64,000 nucleotides of DNA from Fidelibacterota bacterium (GTDB taxonomy: Bacteria > Fidelibacterota > SORT01), in NCBI GenBank assembly GCA_022573815.1, contig JACZTG010000006.1:62119-126118 (forward strand), read 5' to 3'. The notes beneath the pieces were generated by a model, which ran no database searches, was not told the origin of the DNA, and was given only the letters and a program-made list of their open reading frames with translations. Positions 63,227 to 64,000 of the stretch are shown here, piece by piece. The stretch's first letter is position 1. Each line of letters begins with the position of its first letter. The position numbers were made by a program, and so were the translations under genes.

Positions 63227-63667
63227 TTATCCCTTCCGCAGCTGGCATTTATCGCATAAACCGAAAATGATGAGGTTATGTTTAGTGGGCATAAATCCGT
63301 ATTCCTTACAAACCTTATCCTGCTGCTGCTCAATTATGTTGTTGTTGAATTCGATTATTTTTCCGCAATTCGTACAGACAAGATGTTCGTGATGCTTCTG
63401 AGCGAGAGTATTCTCGAAATGCACCTGACTCGTTCCCACATTCACTTTTGAGACGAATCCGTTCTCAACCAGCATATCCAACGTCCTGTAAACAGTGGCT
63501 CTTGATACCCTTTTCTTCTCATTACGCATCCGAAAGTAAATCTCGTCTGCGTCAAAATGTTCCGAAGAGCTGTAAACTTCTTTGAAAATGGAAAGCCGCT
63601 CCGGTGTGCATTTCATACCGTTGGTGTGGAGCGTGTCCTTGAATTTTTCTATTAACCGTTTATCCAT
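63227..63667 (-). CDS. fur: Fur family transcriptional regulator
   Basis: 146 aa. Winged helix (RVSRATVYRTLDMLVENGFV), an HHEH metal site, and CxxC pairs (CTNCG, CDKC). The stop is 3 nt upstream of the feoB start. Confidence 0.85.
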   Translation of the reverse strand: MDKRLIEKFKDTLHTNGMKCTPERLSIFKEVYSSSEHFDADEIYFRMRNEKKRVSRATVYRTLDMLVENGFVSKVNVGTSQVHFENTLAQKHHEHLVCTNCGKIIEFNNNIIEQQQDKVCKEYGFMPTKHNLIIFGLCDKCQLRKG

Positions 63668-63682
63668 TTCCTTACCAAATGT

Positions 63683-63703
63683 AATTGAAACTCAATCTCA
63701 ATT
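63683..63703 (-). promoter_or_regulatory. A/T-rich inverted repeat upstream of fur (possible Fur-box-like autoregulatory site)
   Basis: AATTGA-N9-TCAATT lies 16-36 nt upstream of the fur ATG. It only loosely resembles the GATAATGATAATCATTATC consensus. Confidence 0.2.
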
Positions 63704-63791
63704 AGAAACTACACAGACAAATGCAACCATGCAAGGAAAATTATCTACCCTTCTGAGATTTTTCCACTCGTATTAGGGCTTGTGATACTCG

Positions 63792-64000
63792 TTAAGTCAA
63801 CGCGCCTGAAATAAAGTTTAATACAGGTTCTGTTTTCTCTTTGAGATTTTTTCTATTTTTTACACCAAATAGATTATTTAATTCTTTTTCCATTTTATTT
63901 CTTATATCCACATTCATTAAATGTTCTTCAATTTTTTCAGTAGTATTGTTATTGATGTCTGCACCCATTTGCATATCTTCTTGCTTGAGATCACTTAATA
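63792..64000 (-). CDS. hypothetical protein, possibly a C-terminal fragment of a gene starting beyond the window
   Basis: The frame is open from the window edge to the stop at 63792 (...MQMGADINNNTTEKIEEHLMNVDIRNKMEKELNNLF...). It is AT-rich and Lys/Asn-rich. No family recognised. Confidence 0.25.
   Translation of the reverse strand, partial: LSDLKQEDMQMGADINNNTTEKIEEHLMNVDIRNKMEKELNNLFGVKNRKNLKEKTEPVLNFISGALT

Noticed and set aside
1-64000. Search for CRISPR arrays, tRNA/rRNA genes, transposases, integrases and prophage remnants
   Set aside because: No direct-repeat/spacer periodicity, no cloverleaf-like sequences in intergenic regions longer than 100 bp, and no DDE, tyrosine-recombinase or serine-recombinase motifs in any ORF. 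The methylase and HNH genes have no flanking repeats.

Overview
This is a 64 kb chromosomal segment that is about 90% coding. I found no rRNA, tRNA, CRISPR array, transposase or integrase. The gene content (DUF2851, a bS22-like micro-ORF, Wzi/Wza/WbaP, TonB-dependent receptors, HU, a long S1) points to a Gram-negative organism, possibly an FCB-group or candidate-phylum bacterium. That placement is inference and needs a database search. The window has four parts. (i) 0.6-11.7 kb holds a type IV filament locus: PilC, a PilB/MshE-like ATPase, a pilin-like gene with its own promoter and hairpin, two minor-pilin-like genes, a cNMP-binding protein, two tandem PilX-like paralogs and a repeat-rich adhesin-like protein. 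(ii) 11.7-19.9 kb holds an orphan beta-class DNA methyltransferase, a 939-aa FliK-like protein with no flagellar neighbours, and a c-di-GMP module (CheY, REC-linker-HD-GYP, ExeA/MshM-like ATPase). (iii) 16.2-51 kb is a run of 32 consecutive minus-strand genes, mostly housekeeping (nadK, xseAB, hup, sppA, serS, EPS export and sugar-nucleotide genes, tsaD, rpsA, cmk, scpAB, trpS). (iv) 51-64 kb is a cofactor and metal region: cobalamin riboswitch plus btuB, a yhaM / S-component-like / OMP operon, csoR-copA with a palindromic operator, and a fur-feoB-zinc ribbon-DtxR/FeoA operon. The strongest novelty candidate is that all five pilin-like proteins are leaderless. Each pilin-type hydrophobic N-terminus starts at the initiator Met, and each has an in-frame stop 1-5 codons upstream. 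That leaves no room for the leader peptide that every described type IV filament system requires. All functional calls rest on motif recognition by eye; no searches were run.
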